Counted from the first letter of the stretch, positions 25,880 through 40,177 are shown. The stretch: 64,000 nt of DNA from Octopus sinensis (GCF_006345805.1 NC_043002.1:92132001-92196000), one strand, 5' to 3'. The notes: generated by a model not told the origin, from the letters alone. Numbers and translations: made by a program.

Positions 25880-26262
25880 GGGAAGCACTCCGTCGGTTAC
25901 GACGATGAGGGTTCCGGTTGATCCGACCAACGGAACAGCCTGCTCGTGAAATTAACGTGTAAGTGGCTGAGCACTCCTCAGACACGTGTACCCTTAACGT
26001 AGTTCTCGGGGATATTCAGCGTGACACAGAGAGTGACAAGGCCGGCCCTTTGAAATACAGGTACAACAGAAACAGAAAGAAAGAGTGAGAGAAAGTTGTG
26101 GCGAAAGAGTACAGCAGGGATCGCCACCACCCCCTGCCGGAGCCTCGTGGGGCTTTAGGTGTTTTCGCTCAATAAACACTCACAACGCCCGGTCTGGGAA
26201 TCGAAACCGCGATCCTACGACCGCGAGTCCGCTGCCCAAACCACTGGGCCATTGCGCCTCCA
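25880..26262 (-). mobile_element. SINE family C with TSD (related heads at 26661, 41770 and 49546)
   Basis: Reverse-complement copy flanked by TGTTAATCTATTA. Confidence 0.85.
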
Positions 26263-28093
26263 CTTGTTAATCTATTAACAACAATAGTGACAGAACAATA
26301 GAAGGAATTTAGATTTACAAGAGTAATCGACTAAATACTATGAAAATAACAACGAGGACAATAACGACTATTCTGAGTTTAAATCTCAACTAATTCGACT
26401 TTGACTTTTATCCTTCGAGGGCCGATAAATTACATCGATTTTGGAAGGGGGTAAATGAGAAAGTGGAACAGATTGGTGTAGTTAAGGGTACAATTACAGA
26501 AAGTAGATGTTTCAGAAGATGATGTGTGGATAGAATAATAGCGACGGCAACAGCAATAACAACAAGTGTAACATCATTCATGATGAAACAATGACGAATA
26601 TAATAATTACAAAAGCAACGATAACAGCAATACCGCCATCACCACCACCACCACCAACAGCGGAGGCGCAATGGCCCTGTGGTTAGGGCAGCGGACTCGC
26701 GGTCAGAGGATCGCGGTTTCGATTCCCAGGCCGGGCGTTGTGTGTGTTTATTGAGCGAAAACACCTAAAGCTCCACGAGTCTCCGGCAGGGGGTGGTAGC
26801 GACCCCTGTTGTACTCTTTCGCTTCAACTTTCTTTCACTCTTTCTTCCTGTTCCTTGTCCCCGACTTCCTACACAACCGCTGAGCCTGGATGCGCATTCA
26901 TCCATCCGTCGATGCTCTCGGTGTCGGGTGTTGACCTGCTTTCTCTTCTGCGTGTCTTACGAATAGGAAAGGACCACGTTTCGGACTTCTCCCATCTTGC
27001 GAGCTCTGGGACGAAAACCGTTCGCTCAACAGCAACAGCAACAACGATGACTACAACAGCACCAACGACGAAGACGATGGCAGCTATGGCAAGAACAAGA
27101 ACAATATCAGCGAAACGAACTGACATCAGTGTCTCTCATTTGGTCAACTGATCTGTTTGAAATTACAGCTAAATCCTTATCAAACCACCTCAATAATTAA
27201 TTTAAAAAACAAAAAGATAAAAGAGAAAAAGAAAAGGACATGTTCAATAATTTCATTTGGAAAGCAAGAGGGAAGTGTCACGGTCGGACTGTCTTTAGTC
27301 ATAAGTCTCTTCTCTCTCTGAAGGTGTCTTGTTACTTACCAAGGAAAACAATTCTCGACTGAAGTATGGTATTATGGGAATTCTTGGAAGGGGAAAAGTT
27401 GAAGAGATTTCCAATATAATTTTGAACATATGTAATAGGTCAAAAGGTCAAAAGATTATAATGCCACAGGGTCAACCACACTACAGGAATGAAATAGTCG
27501 ATTGTTGAAAGATAAGTAGCTCAGATCAGTGCTTCTTTCTTTTCTTTTGTTCTTTATTTTTCGCATTGCCCCACCCCATAGCGCCACCTAAGTGGTGAGG
27601 GAGGAATCACTACTAAACTAACTCAACACAGATGATAATTTATAAATTTTGCTCTCAAAATGGATTGTATAAGCTTTTAATAGTGAAATGAGACTGTATC
27701 GATAACCAGCTAGCAGAGGATTCTTACTGGAGTTAGAAATGGTAGCAACGTCGGTCCTTACAAAACAGCCATATTGAAGTGGCGACAAACATTACTCGTC
27801 AGTATACTCTTTTCTCTTTTACTTGTTTCAGTCATTTGACTGTGGCCATGCTGGAGCACCACCTTTAGTCGAGCAAATCGACCCCAGGACTTATTCTTTG
27901 TAAGCCTAGTATTTATTCTATCGGTGTCTTTTGCCGAACCGCTAAGTTACGGGGACGTAAACACACCAGCATCGTTTGTCAAGCGACGTTGGGGGCACAA
28001 ACACAGACACAAACACACACACACACGCACACATACATACATACATACATACATACATACATACATACATACATACATACATACATACATACA

Positions 28094-28140
<47 letters not shown>

Positions 28141-28175
28141 GTATATGTATGTATATATATGTATGTATATGTATG

Positions 28176-28223
<48 letters not shown>

Positions 28224-30059
28224 TATGTATGTATGTGCGACGTTCGTATATGTAAGTATATCGTTTGCTGTGCATATATATATATGTATGTATGTGCGAC
28301 GCTCGTATATGTAAGTATATCGTTTGCTGTGCATATATATATCTGTATTTATGTACCCTTGATATATTCAATTGATGACGGTAAAGCTTATCTAAAGCAG
28401 AACCAGAATCCTTGGATCTTGAATTATTCAATAATTTTTGCTTGTATGTTTTGTCCCTCCGCTTTGCCTCATGGTGCGATATGAACATTTAACGTGGTAC
28501 TATAGTCAGTGTTTCGACTGCTATTTCGGCATGTTGGTGTCTTTAGACACCCTCATTTTTAATTGTTAAAAGTTTTTTACCTTTGTAAGGTATTTCTTTC
28601 ATGCTGGCCACTTGATAATTTCGACACTTAAATATCGATATTATCCTCATATATAAATTTATATATATATATATACATATATACGACGGGCTTCTTTCAG
28701 TTTCCGTCTACCAAATCCACTCACAAGGCTTTGGTCGGCCCGAGGCTATAGTAGAAGACATTTGCCCAAAGTGTCACGCAGTGGGACTAAACCCGGAACC
28801 ATGTGGTTGGTAAGCAAGCTACTTACCACACAGCCACTCCTGCGCCTATATTTACTACTTTCATCTCTTATAGAGATTTTCTAATTAATTTGCTTGTTAA
28901 TTTAAAAAATCAATAAAGACAAAAGGTGCAAATTTACTTTATACATTGCAAGTTAATGATATCCCATTGGCTTATGAGAATTCATTTTAGTTTAATAACC
29001 ATTACTAGTTTTATCATGTATAATATAATTACTACTATAGACGAAGGCACATAACTCAATGGTTAGAGCGCTGGGCTCACAATCATGAGGTAGTGAGTTC
29101 GATTACCGGCCCGGGCTATGTGTTGTGTTGTTTTCCAGGCGGCATGAAAACGTTACTCAACTCTGGAGTTTTGAAGGCACACATGCGCGCGCACATACAC
29201 ACACACGCACACACACACACACACACACATACACACATGAATGCATAAATGAATACATAAATCCACATGTACTTGTGTGTTAATGAAGTACACAAATACA
29301 TGACAGGTATACATAATACTGAAATATTATACATAAAGTAAACACATGCAGAAAAATATATTAATATAACAAATTTAAACTATAAATTTCACAGGGTACA
29401 ACCTTAAAGTTGACACTACTAAACGCAGAAAATTTCTGCCACGCCATTGGCTAAAGATACACAGTTTCTTCCATTTTTAAATCTCTGTAACATTTTCCCC
29501 TAATTTTATCTCCACAACATTTCCTTCATAGCAACAAGAGTGGACGATTTTCAGATGTTTTACTTCCTTTCAAAAAATGCAGATTTTGTGAATCAGTTTA
29601 GCTAGATCCAAAATTAGTTGCGATGTTGCTAATGCCAAGCTGTATCAGCCTTTGCCTTTCCTTTGGATAACATCGGTGACGTGGAGAGGGGAGGCTGGTA
29701 TGCATTGGTGACTGCTGGTCTCCCATTGACAACCTTGCCCTGAGGGAAACTTTCTAGGTGGAATCCCATGGTTATTCATGACCGAAGTGGGGATCTTTAC
29801 CCTTACTATAGGTAAAATTTAGTATGCTAATTGTTGTCTCACCGCAACCTCTAACCTCCCACTAAAGTCAAACACGCACAACACTCATGGGTACCGTCCA
29901 TGTTGAGAACCTCAGGCTTAAATGAACTCGAATGAATCTGAACCCAAACATAAAGCAACATAACTAAGTAACGCTTGCATTTAATTTACTGCTCTACCAA
30001 TTCTGCCAGATCCCTGGCCACGTGTCTCAAATATAAGGAATTTATGTTTATATTTGGTT

Positions 30060-30690
30060 AGTTTGGGTAAAATGGACCAGCCCATAACCTTGTCAGTTCT
30101 TCCGAAATAGATGAGATCAACGTGGTTGACAGTCCTCAGGAATATTTGCTATGCAAATACCGCCAGAAAAGCATGGACAGAGGTTTCTAGGGGAAGGATG
30201 TTCTGGGAAAGAATGGATATTTGTAAAGGTTAATAGGTGCCGGATAGAATATGAGAAAGAAGAAAATGAGAGTTTAGAGCATCAGAAGTGACCTGGATTG
30301 AAGTAATAAGAGAGAAGAGGTCATTGTAGCAGATGTCGGAAAGGCGATTTGATGTGTCAACATATCTGTTGGACAGATGTATGACGTAGTATTTGGTTGT
30401 CTGCCTTTGTATTCCGAATTCGACTTTGACTTTTATCCTTCGAGGGCCGATAACTTAGATCGACTTTTGAACGAGGGTAGTGAGAAATTGGAACAGGTTG
30501 GTGTAGTTAGGGGTGCAATAACAGAAGGTAGATGTTTCAGAAGATGAAGTGTCGAAAAGGTCGGGTTGGAGGGTGGAAGGTGTGGAGAATGAGAATCCGT
30601 TGACCAGTGGGGAAAGTTATTAGAAGTACGGTCATCATCGCAGTCCAGCCTCAGGCCAATATACATGCTGCCTCGTCTCTCTAATGACTT
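30060..30690 (-). mobile_element. Possible Penelope-like N-terminal remnant (partial related copy at 26390-26530)
   Basis: P/S/L-rich segment ending SNFSLPSFKSRSKLSALEG, reminiscent of the PLE region preceding IKPADKG. Weak. Confidence 0.35.
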
Positions 30691-30934
30691 TTATTCCTCA
30701 GGGCTAGCTGGTCTTGTGCCAATTTCATTCAGGTTCCCAACACACCCGTCTCCCCTCTTTTCGTGTCCTCTAAGTCCCTCACTGACCACTGTGATTAGTT
30801 CTTTCTCCTGAGAATGTTGGTTCTTCATATTCCTCTTTCCAAGTCTGGTTCTTTTTCTTTTTTTTCTTTTGTAGCAATCGACTTGCAACTATTCGATCGA
30901 GACTTTAAGCATATTGATGAAATTCGACTAGAAG

Positions 30935-31485
30935 GACTTGTGAAGGCTACGGATACAGATCCCTTCCTGCACACTACCGAAGGCCGTGAGTACAAGCTTG
31001 TTCTTGCACACCTGTAAAGGCTGTGAAGACAGCCTTCTTCATGCACACATGTGAAGATCATGAGTTCAACCATCGTTTTGCACGCCTGTGAAGGCTGTGA
31101 TATAATACATCTTCTTCACAGTAGTGAAGATTATGAGTATAACCCCTTTCTTCTACACCTGTGAAGGCTATAATTACAGCCTCTTTCATGCACACCTGAG
31201 AAGATCGTGAGTACAACACCTGTATTGGACACCTGTGAAGGCTGTGAATACATCCTCCTTTCTGAATATCTGTGAAGAGCATAGAGACAACCTCCTTCCT
31301 GCACACCTGTGGACGGCGAACGTTATAGGTACAGCCTTCTTCTTGCACACAAGTTAAGGCTATGACTGTAGCCTCCTTTCTGCACACCGGTAAAGATCAC
31401 GGGGGCAACCTGTGAACTGTGAAGGTTATAGGTACAGTTTTCTTCCTACACACCCGCAAAAGCTATGGTTGCAACCCCTTCCCAC
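30935..31485. repeat. Degenerate 37-bp minisatellite, about 14 units
   Basis: Consensus approximately CACACCTGTGAAGGCTGTGAATACAGCCTTCTTCATG. Confidence 0.8.
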
Positions 31486-31499
31486 AGACGAAACTAATA

Positions 31500-31910
31500 G
31501 CGACAAGATTATAAAATGGATTGGATGAAGGGAAGAGTATAGAGTCCATATACGCAAGAAGGGAAAAAGTGACTCATTTGTTTCGACTTGTAGTAGTCGG
31601 ACTTCTCCCAGGGCATTCGGCGGTGCAGGACACATTGTGATATAGGGATGGCATGTGTAGCACATGCGTTGGGACGCCGGCCATTAAGGTGAAGCTGGAG
31701 TGAGAGTCTGTGAATTTATATAGTAAACCGAGTTGGAGAGGTTGGGATGCTGGTTTCGTAAGAGACATCAATGTCTAAGAAGTTGCTGTATTTAAATGTT
31801 GGTAGAAATTATTAACGAAGGTGAAAAGTGTGAGTTGCTATCGAGTGAGGTGGAATCGATATAGTCATCGACATAACAACAGTCGTTTAGCTCAGAGGTT
31901 GTTGACCCAG
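31500..31910 (-). mobile_element. Penelope-like element RT remnant
   Basis: CYVDDY and LYKFTDSHSSF resemble the YIDD and YKPTDSHSYL motifs of PLE reverse transcriptases. Heavily decayed. Confidence 0.55.
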
Positions 31911-32769
31911 AAAAACAAATAGGAAGACGATCATCATCATCATCAGCAGCAGCAGCAGCAGCAACAGTAATAACGGTAACAGCAGCAGCAGCAGTAGCAG
32001 CCACAGCAGCTTTAGCAGTCAGCAGTAGCAGGAAGCAACAGCAACAGCAGGATCAGCAACAACGGCAGGAACATCAATAACTGCAACAGTGATTTATCAA
32101 AAGAATTGGTGCAATTCAACGCAACAGCACAGACATCAACATTAGCAATAGCAACCACAACAACAAAAATACGCCACAACTACAAAAACAGGCTTCGGCT
32201 TCTCCCAAACTACCAAAGGGGAAGAGAAAACAGAGTGGGAGTGAGAGAAAGGAGGAGGAGGAGGAGGAGGAGGAGAAGCAGGTGAGAAAGAGAGAGTAGT
32301 GTAAATAAGTAAAGACGCCTTCAAGATAAATTATCTAATGCTATCTGAAATCTCTAGATTTAATCCGGTGTTTATGAATAATTCAGTATATGTAATCTGT
32401 ATGTATAATCTGATCAACAACATATCATTCTACTCTAGTTCTAATGAGTGACAAAAGGTTACGATGTAACGATGTGCGGATCTGGTCGATATTGAAACTA
32501 TTTGAAATAGCTTTAAAATTCGGTTTTAAACAGAATCATTCTTGAAATTCGCATTTACCGATATTACATAGAAATTATTGTTTTTCAAATGGTAGATCAC
32601 TTCTTTGTTCAAGCGACATCTGCTCGGCGGTCAGGATAAATAACCATCTATCGAAACCGTTACAACAAAGTACTTTCATTGCGCTTTCACCTTTTTTTAT
32701 CGATTCTGCGCATTTTGGTTGTTAAGTTATTGCTGCGAATGTCAGATACGTTGAAATTCCTTCCGCTTG

Positions 32770-33180
32770 ACTTGGGAGAGAAGACGGTCGGTTGATAGCC
32801 AATTCGGCGCCAAGAGCAAGCTGTCGATGGACGGCGCCTTTCAGTGGATCCGATTAAACTGCTTAAGATCTGGTTCGGTCAGGACCTCCAGGTTGATAGG
32901 AACTGGGACAAGCTTTTGAGTGAAGTGACTACTTACAATAGGAAATAGGCTGATAGAAAACTGTCTCTGAAAGTTTTCATTAGAAAGGCCCCGCAATATA
33001 ATACAGCCTGTTGTGTCTTGAACCAACACGCAACTGAGCAGACTGAAGCATCTCTTTCGCTTCTTTTGAAATGGGTGAGCTGTTTTGATTATTCCAAAGC
33101 AGATGTCTGGAGCAGTGCTCCGCAACTGTTATGCTGCGGCACATTGGTACGCCACGAAACGATGCTAGGTGTGCCACAGT
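32770..33180 (+). mobile_element. Old degenerate Tx1-like ORF2 fragment
   Basis: Translates to DPIKLLKIWFGQDLQVDRNWDKLLSEVT, similar to GPVKLLGVWFGPDSQTEKNWSEVTSKV in the array. RKLSLK and LFRF-like remnants follow. Confidence 0.7.
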
Positions 33181-33489
33181 GTAACCTGAATATAATTTTT
33201 CCCTATACTTTTAGTTATATTTTTAGTTCAGATGTGCCGCCGAATTTTAAAAAGAATATAAGGGTACCAAAAGTGGAAAAAAGGCCGCAGAGCACTTGTC
33301 CAGAGATGCTGCGGTTGATGATATACAGTTATGCACTGGAGCTACGACAAGGGCAAAAAATTCGAGCTGCTGGATTGCCGTTTTGTTAGATGCTTCTTTC
33401 TATACCTCATATCTTCGCCTAAATTTCAGTTCTGGGTCAAGCATACACCAAGGAATGTTCCAGGTGCACTTGGAATGTTTCAGATGCTC

Positions 33490-33752
33490 ACAGTATATTA
33501 ATGCTGGTCAGTGATGTCTGGCGTCACACGATCTTCAACGCAGTCAGCAAGTTTGAGGAACAAAGAAGAGACGCACTTAAAGACAAGAAACGCAGGAGGA
33601 AGGCGCGAGCCGCCTCTGACACCACACCGGATGTTACCTTCGTCTGTGGACACTGCTCACGGACCTGCCTTTCCCATATCGGACTTGTCAGTCATGAGCG
33701 TGCATGCACGCGACGTGGACAGGCTTCCTGATCTTCGTTCGCGAAGCCGAGC
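33490..33752 (+). mobile_element. RTE LINE 3' end fragment
   Basis: WRHTIFNAVSKFEEQRR...FVCGHCSRTCLSHIGLVSHERAC, then a short UTR and (TA)n. Confidence 0.85.
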
Positions 33753-34319
33753 CATATATATATATATATCATAAAATTTATATTTTCCTCTTGATACGAT
33801 ATCTCGTCTTCAATTTTCCTGTGTTCTATAAATGTTTGGATTTTCATGTTCTATGAAATTTTTGACTGATCATTTTTATTGTCGTTTTCATGTTATGTTT
33901 CACCGCACCGCCTGGTGGTATTTCTCTATTGCAGGGATGTATGTAGCATTGTCTTGTGTGAATGTAGACTTGTGTTTCCATACTACGCTGGTTTCGTTTT
34001 GCTGTGGAATTTGGTTGGTTGTTTCTGGTGTTATTTTAATGCTTTGTCTATCGTGTAAAAATATGTGCAAATGAGAGTCGTGTGGCTTTGTTGGGTGACG
34101 TTTCTCTTTCGTATGTAATGGGTGACTGGTGTAATGCATTTTAGTGCCAATTGATGAACACAATGTCTACACCAAGTTTAAAATAGCAAAGTGTGCAGAT
34201 TTGTATTCCATCAAAGACGAAATTTATTTCAAAATTGATATAACATCAATAAAATATTAGACACAATATTGTAATACATAAAATACTTACGAATAACAAC
34301 ATAGAAAACAAATACTTCT

Positions 34320-34402
34320 TAGCACGAGTGGGGTTCGAACCCACGCGGACAATCGTTCATTGGAACTTAAGTCCAACGCCTTAACCACTCGGCCATCGTG
34401 CT
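34320..34402 (-). tRNA. tRNA-Leu(TAA), two substitutions in the variable arm
   Basis: Identical to 42345-42427 except for variable arm TGAACGATTGTCCG. Confidence 0.8.
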
Positions 34403-35167
34403 CCATGACGCATGTAACGCTTAGAAAACACTTATTGTTGATAGTATTGTTACTTGCTGCATTTCCCATAATCTTTCTCGGGTCTATAAAATGAAGCACC
34501 TATCAAGTATTCAAGTCCATTCTACCTCTCAAAATTACTGGTTTTGTCCATAAAAATTATTATTATAAGGGCGGTCGATTCGTAGAATAGTTATAGTACT
34601 TAGTACGGCTCTTTACGTTCCGTATCCAAAGTTCACTGAGGTCCTCTTTGACTTTCATCCTTCCGGGGTCGATAAAATAAAGTAACCTCCTCCCCCAAAT
34701 TTCAACTTTTGCGCCTATATTAGAAACGACAGATACGTGGACGAGCTGGCAGAACCATTAGCATGCCGGACAAAATGCTTAGCTGTATTTCACCGTCTTT
34801 TTGTTCGAGTCTAAATTCAACCCCGGTCGACTTTGCTTTTTATCTTTTAGGGGCCGATAAAATAAGTACCAGTTTAGTACTGGAGTCGATGAAGTCGACT
34901 TAACCCCTCCCCGAAAATGCTGGCCTTGGTTCAGAATCTAAAATCTATATTCTTTTACTCTTTTATTTGTTTTAATCATTTGACTGTGGCCATGCTGGAG
35001 CACCGCCTTTAGTCGAGCAAATCGCCCCCAGGACTTATTCTTTGTAAGCTTAGTACTTATTCTATCGGTCTCTTTTGCTGAACCGCTAAGTTACAGGGAC
35101 GTAAACACACCAGTATCAGTTGTCAAGCGATGTTGGGGGAGACAAACAAAGACACACAAACATATAC

Positions 35168-35204
<37 letters not shown>

Positions 35205-35776
35205 CGACGGGCTTATTTCAGTTTCTGACTACCAAATCCACTCACAAGGGTTTGGTCGGCCCGAGGTTAAAGTAGATGATACATTCCCAAGGTGCCACGC
35301 AGTGGGACTGAACCCGGAACCATGTGGTTCGTAAGCAAGCTACTTACCACACATCCACTCCTACGCCTATATTAGAAGCGATTATTATTCTGAATTGGAA
35401 CAGAAATGACATTAGATATTCTGTCGGTTTTGTTCGCTGAATATCAAACCGATATCAATGTCTTCAGATATTTGACATGTATCATAAAATTCTAGTTGTT
35501 CCGAAGGCACATATTCACTTTAGTGTCACAAAGCTAACTGTGCTGTTGATTATAGAAAGCTATTTTCAGACCTTATACCTAATGATTCTCCAATGATAAA
35601 TAATTAACCCTAATATCCAGGTAGTTCCAAAGCTTTATCAGTTCCCACTTTTTGTTTATCGTCTTATTTTCATTTTCCCTTGCCCTTGGTGTCAAATGGG
35701 CAAAATGATGTCAAAAATGGAGTAAAATGAGTAATGACTAATTTCACTGATTTTTTTCTCTCCAACTACATGGTGC

Positions 35777-35966
35777 CATGATAGATCGTTAGCCACTACA
35801 CACATTTTTTCTCTCCTTGTTTTTTCTGTGTCCCCTTCTGTAAAAGAGCGTAGGCTCGAAACGTAAAAGACTTTTTCTATTCCTGAGCGTTATACTAATA
35901 CATATGTTTGTTTTGTACACCACCTGTCTTCGTCTTTTGTTTTTTTCGTAAACTCTCCCTATATAT
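35777..35966 (+). repeat. ~190-bp dispersed repeat with a hammerhead-like core (other copies 49928-50111 minus, 55221-55435 minus, partial 38640-38710)
   Basis: Shared CTGTNRA-A-GAGC-gtag-GCTC-GAAA-CG-TA-AAAGA core; 3' ends abut (TA)n. Confidence 0.7.
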
Positions 35967-36361
35967 AAAGAGCTACTCTCCGGCAGATCAAGAAGAAAGT
36001 GCAGAGAATATTTTATGTTGATTTTTTTTTTATTTACTTGAGTTTCGTTAATTTCTGATCATGTGCCATTTTTCCATGATTCTCTTTCGTTTGATCTACT
36101 TTAAATTCTTGCTGCATTTCTGATCCTTCGGATATCTAAGGATGGATCTTACTGTGTATAAGTCTATTTTCAAGTGTAATATTGGAGAACTGAAGGGGCA
36201 AGTTTACATTATCTTTTATACTTCAAAGAGAACGGTGATACTTTTCTGAAATCGTATTCTGAATATGTTATAGTGTTTGTTTTCTATGCATTAAGAAAAG
36301 GTCGTTTGCCTAGATGGTATAGTTTTTGTAAGGTTGTGAACGGAAACTGGAAGAAGCCCGT

Positions 36362-36392
<31 letters not shown>

Positions 36393-37677
36393 GTATATGT
36401 GTATGTATGTGTATATGTTTGTCTGTGTTTGTCCCCACAGCATCGCTTCACAACCGATGCTGGTGTGTTCACGTCCCCGTAACACTAGCGGTTCGGCAAA
36501 AGAAACCGATAAAATAAGTACTAGGCTTACAAAGAATAAGCTCTGGGGTTAATTTGCTCGACTAAAGGCGATGCTCCAGCATGGCCGCAGTCAAATGACT
36601 GAAACAAATAAGGAATAAAGAGTATGTGTAAAAAAAAAATTTTATTAAAATTCAAAAATGCAATAACAACTCCTCATTGTAACCGCAACCCAACCCGCCC
36701 CTTATTCCTTTTCATATAAGATATCACCTTGAATCTTCCAGTTCCGTATTTGTTTAGGTCTTTATGTTCTGTAAAATTTTCGGCTTTACTTCTGCTTTTA
36801 CTTTTACTTGTTTCAGTCAGTTGACTGCGGCCATGCTGGAGCACCGCCTTTAGTCGAGCAAATCGGCCCCAGGACTTATTCTTTGGAAGCCTAGTACTTA
36901 TTCTATCGGTTTCTTTTGCCGAACCGCTAAGTTAAGGCGACGTAAATACACCAGCATCGGTTGTCAAGCGACGTTGGGGGGACAAACACAGACACGCAAA
37001 TAATATACCCACACATACATATATATATTTTTTATATACGACGGGCTTCTTTCAGTTTCCGTCTACCAAATCCACTCACAAGGCTTTGGTCGGCCGGAGG
37101 CTGTAGTACAAGACACTTGCCCAAGGTGCCACACAGTGGGACTGAACCCGGAGCCATGTGGTTGGTAAGCAAGCTACTTACCACACAGCCTCTCCTGCGC
37201 CTAAGGTCATTTTCATGCGCCTAAGTCTGATCATTTTTATTATTGTTTTCATGTTAACTTCTACTGCGCCACCTGATGGTATTTCCGTGTCCCTGTGTTG
37301 TATGCAGCATTGTCTTCTAGGAATGTAGAATTATGTTTCTATGCTACGTTAGTTATGCTTTGTTGTGGAATTTGGTTGGTTGTTTCTGGAGTTATTTTAT
37401 TTCAATGTGTGTTCTGTTATTGTATTCAGTGATGTTTGTCTTCCGTGTATAATGAGTGATTAGTGATACGCAGTATAGAGTCAAGCGATGATTGTATAGA
37501 ACAGAATATTCACACCAAACTTTAAATAGACCAGCAAAAAAACATACAAATTCGCACTTCATGAAAGATACATTATATTTCGAAATTGGCATAACATCAA
37601 TAAAATAGTAAACACAGCATTGTAATAGATGATATACGTACGAATAAATTCACAGAAATAAACATAGAAAGTGTTTT

Positions 37678-37760
37678 TAGCAAGAGCGGGGTTCGAACAC
37701 ACGCGTACAACTATCCATAAGAACTTGAGTTTAACGCCTTAACTACTCGGCCATCGCGCT
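37678..37760 (-). pseudogene. tRNA-Leu pseudogene
   Basis: Colinear with the tRNA-Leu(TAA) but with many stem-breaking changes; anticodon reads CAA. Confidence 0.8.
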
Positions 37761-37934
37761 CCTAGATCCCAGTCTCTTTAAAGAACTCTTATTGCTGATA
37801 TTACTGACAGGGAATGTAATCGCCCGAAAGCACCGACCGAGAATTCGGCTAATTCCGTAGCCCCCATCCTTAGGGATCACTCGACTCGGCTGATTCCGAA
37901 CTTTATTCTCTATCAGAACATATTTTATTCACCA

Positions 37935-38070
37935 TCCATATACATATACATAGATACATAGATACATATATACATACATACATACATATATATACATATA
38001 TATATATAACTATTATATATACATATTATATATATTATATATATATATATATATGTATGTATATATATAC

Positions 38071-38101
<31 letters not shown>

Positions 38102-38123
38102 TGTTATGTATATATATATACAT

Positions 38124-38162
<39 letters not shown>

Positions 38163-38250
38163 ATATTATATAAACATACATATACATATACATACATAAC
38201 ATAGAGAACATACATCCATACTTATATGTATAAGTATATATATGAATTAT

Positions 38251-38282
<32 letters not shown>

Positions 38283-39172
38283 CATACATATACATTACAT
38301 ACATATACATAGAGACATACATCCATACTATATGTATAAGTATATATATGAAATACAATATATATATATATATATATATTATATATACCCAATTATATAT
38401 ATATGTATGTATGTATGTATATTTATATCAAAGGTTAACTGAGTTAGAGGTTAAAATAACCGTCTAAGGGATAGAAGTATCCATTATACTACTGGTATAT
38501 TACCTATGTTTAACCGTGGGCATACATACGCCAGCATATTATGTTCATAAATTATAGGTAACGACAAGAATAAGTTTTGATATGTATATGTATGCGTGTG
38601 TATGTGTGTGTGTGCATGTATATATATTGTAATATAGGTAGATATGCATGCGTTGCTTGTTGTCTACACCACATGTTCTTCTCCCTTTTTTTGTGAATTC
38701 TCCCTATATATATATATCTGTGTATATATATATGTATATATATATATATATATGTTATATAATATATTATGTATATATATATATCTATATGTATGTATAT
38801 ATATATATATGTATGTATATAATATATAGTATGTAATATATATATGATATTTATGTATATATATATATATGTATGTATATATATATAATGTATGTATATA
38901 TGTATTATAATTTATGTATATGTATATATGTATGTATGTATGTATATATGTATTTATGTAGTATAGATGTATGTATATATGTATGTATGTATGTATATAT
39001 GTATGTATGTATGTATATATGTATGTATATATATATTATGTATGTATTATGTATGTATATATATATGTATGTATATATATATGTATGTATGTATATATAT
39101 ATGTATGTATGTATATATATATGTATGTATGTATATATATATGTATGTATGTATATATAATAATATATATAC

Positions 39173-39205
<33 letters not shown>

Positions 39206-39507
39206 ATATATATATATATATATTATATGTATGTATGTAGTATGTATGTATGTATGTATAATGTATGTATGTATGTATATATGTATGTATGTATGTATAT
39301 ATGTATGTATATATGTATGTATGTATTGTATATATGTATGTATGTATGTATATATGTTGTATATATATATTGTATGTATGTATATATGTATGTATTATAT
39401 ATATGTATGTATATATATATATGTATGTATTATATATAATGTATGTATGTATATATATATGTATGTATGTATATATATATGTATGTATGTATTATATATA
39501 TATATTA

Positions 39508-39552
<45 letters not shown>

Positions 39553-39610
39553 ATATATATGGTATGTATGTATGTAGTATGTACGTACACCTATATGTAT
39601 ATGTATATAT
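37935..39610. repeat. Long (TA)/(TGTA) low-complexity tracts
   Basis: Seen directly; similar tracts at 28030-28240, 44320-44540, 48255-48630, 52375-52580 and 60540-60700. Confidence 0.95.
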
Positions 39611-39611
39611 A

Positions 39612-39931
39612 AGGTGTGTTGTGAGAATTTTTAGAACAAATATCGCATAGAAACTCAACAAACTGCTAAAGATGGAGAAGAGCAGATGTTACAAGTTTGA
39701 AAAGAATTTAATCCATGCATACGATCGTTTCGAACACCAGTAAATATATGTAATTATCATTAAATTAATTCCTAATTTCTCTACCATGTTATTTACATAT
39801 TAATATTGCTGTTTGAAACGATCGTATGCATGGATTAAATTCTTTTCAAGCTTCTAACATCTTCTCTTCTCTTTTAACCGTTTGTTGAGTTTCAATACGA
39901 TATTTGTTCTATAAAACCTCATAACACACCT
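39612..39931. mobile_element. Fold-back MITE (~140-bp imperfect arms), flanked by TATA
   Basis: AGGTGTGTTGTGAG... and ...CTCATAACACACCT; arms remain reverse-complementary nearly to the centre. Confidence 0.8.
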
Positions 39932-40055
39932 TATACTTGTAACATTTTCACATTCGCAAAATTCTTACAACAGTAAGCTACCAATGAAATATGAAGAATC
40001 TTTATTAGAAATCGACCTTTGGAAGCCGCCAGTTTAAAGGATGGAATAGAACACA

Positions 40056-40092
<37 letters not shown>

Positions 40093-40144
40093 ACTCTCTC
40101 TCCCCCACTCTCTCTCCCTCTCTCTCTCTCTCACACACACACAC

Positions 40145-40177
<33 letters not shown>

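Noticed and set aside
30935-31485. CRISPR-like array (37-bp palindromic repeats)
   Set aside because: Units are contiguous and degenerate with no unique spacers, there are no cas genes, and the context is eukaryotic.
37925-39661. Many Y/I/M/C/V-rich ORFs (also near 28 kb, 44.3 kb, 48 kb, 52.4 kb and 60.5 kb)
   Set aside because: Artefacts of (TA)n, (TG)n and (TGTA)n repeats that lack stop codons.
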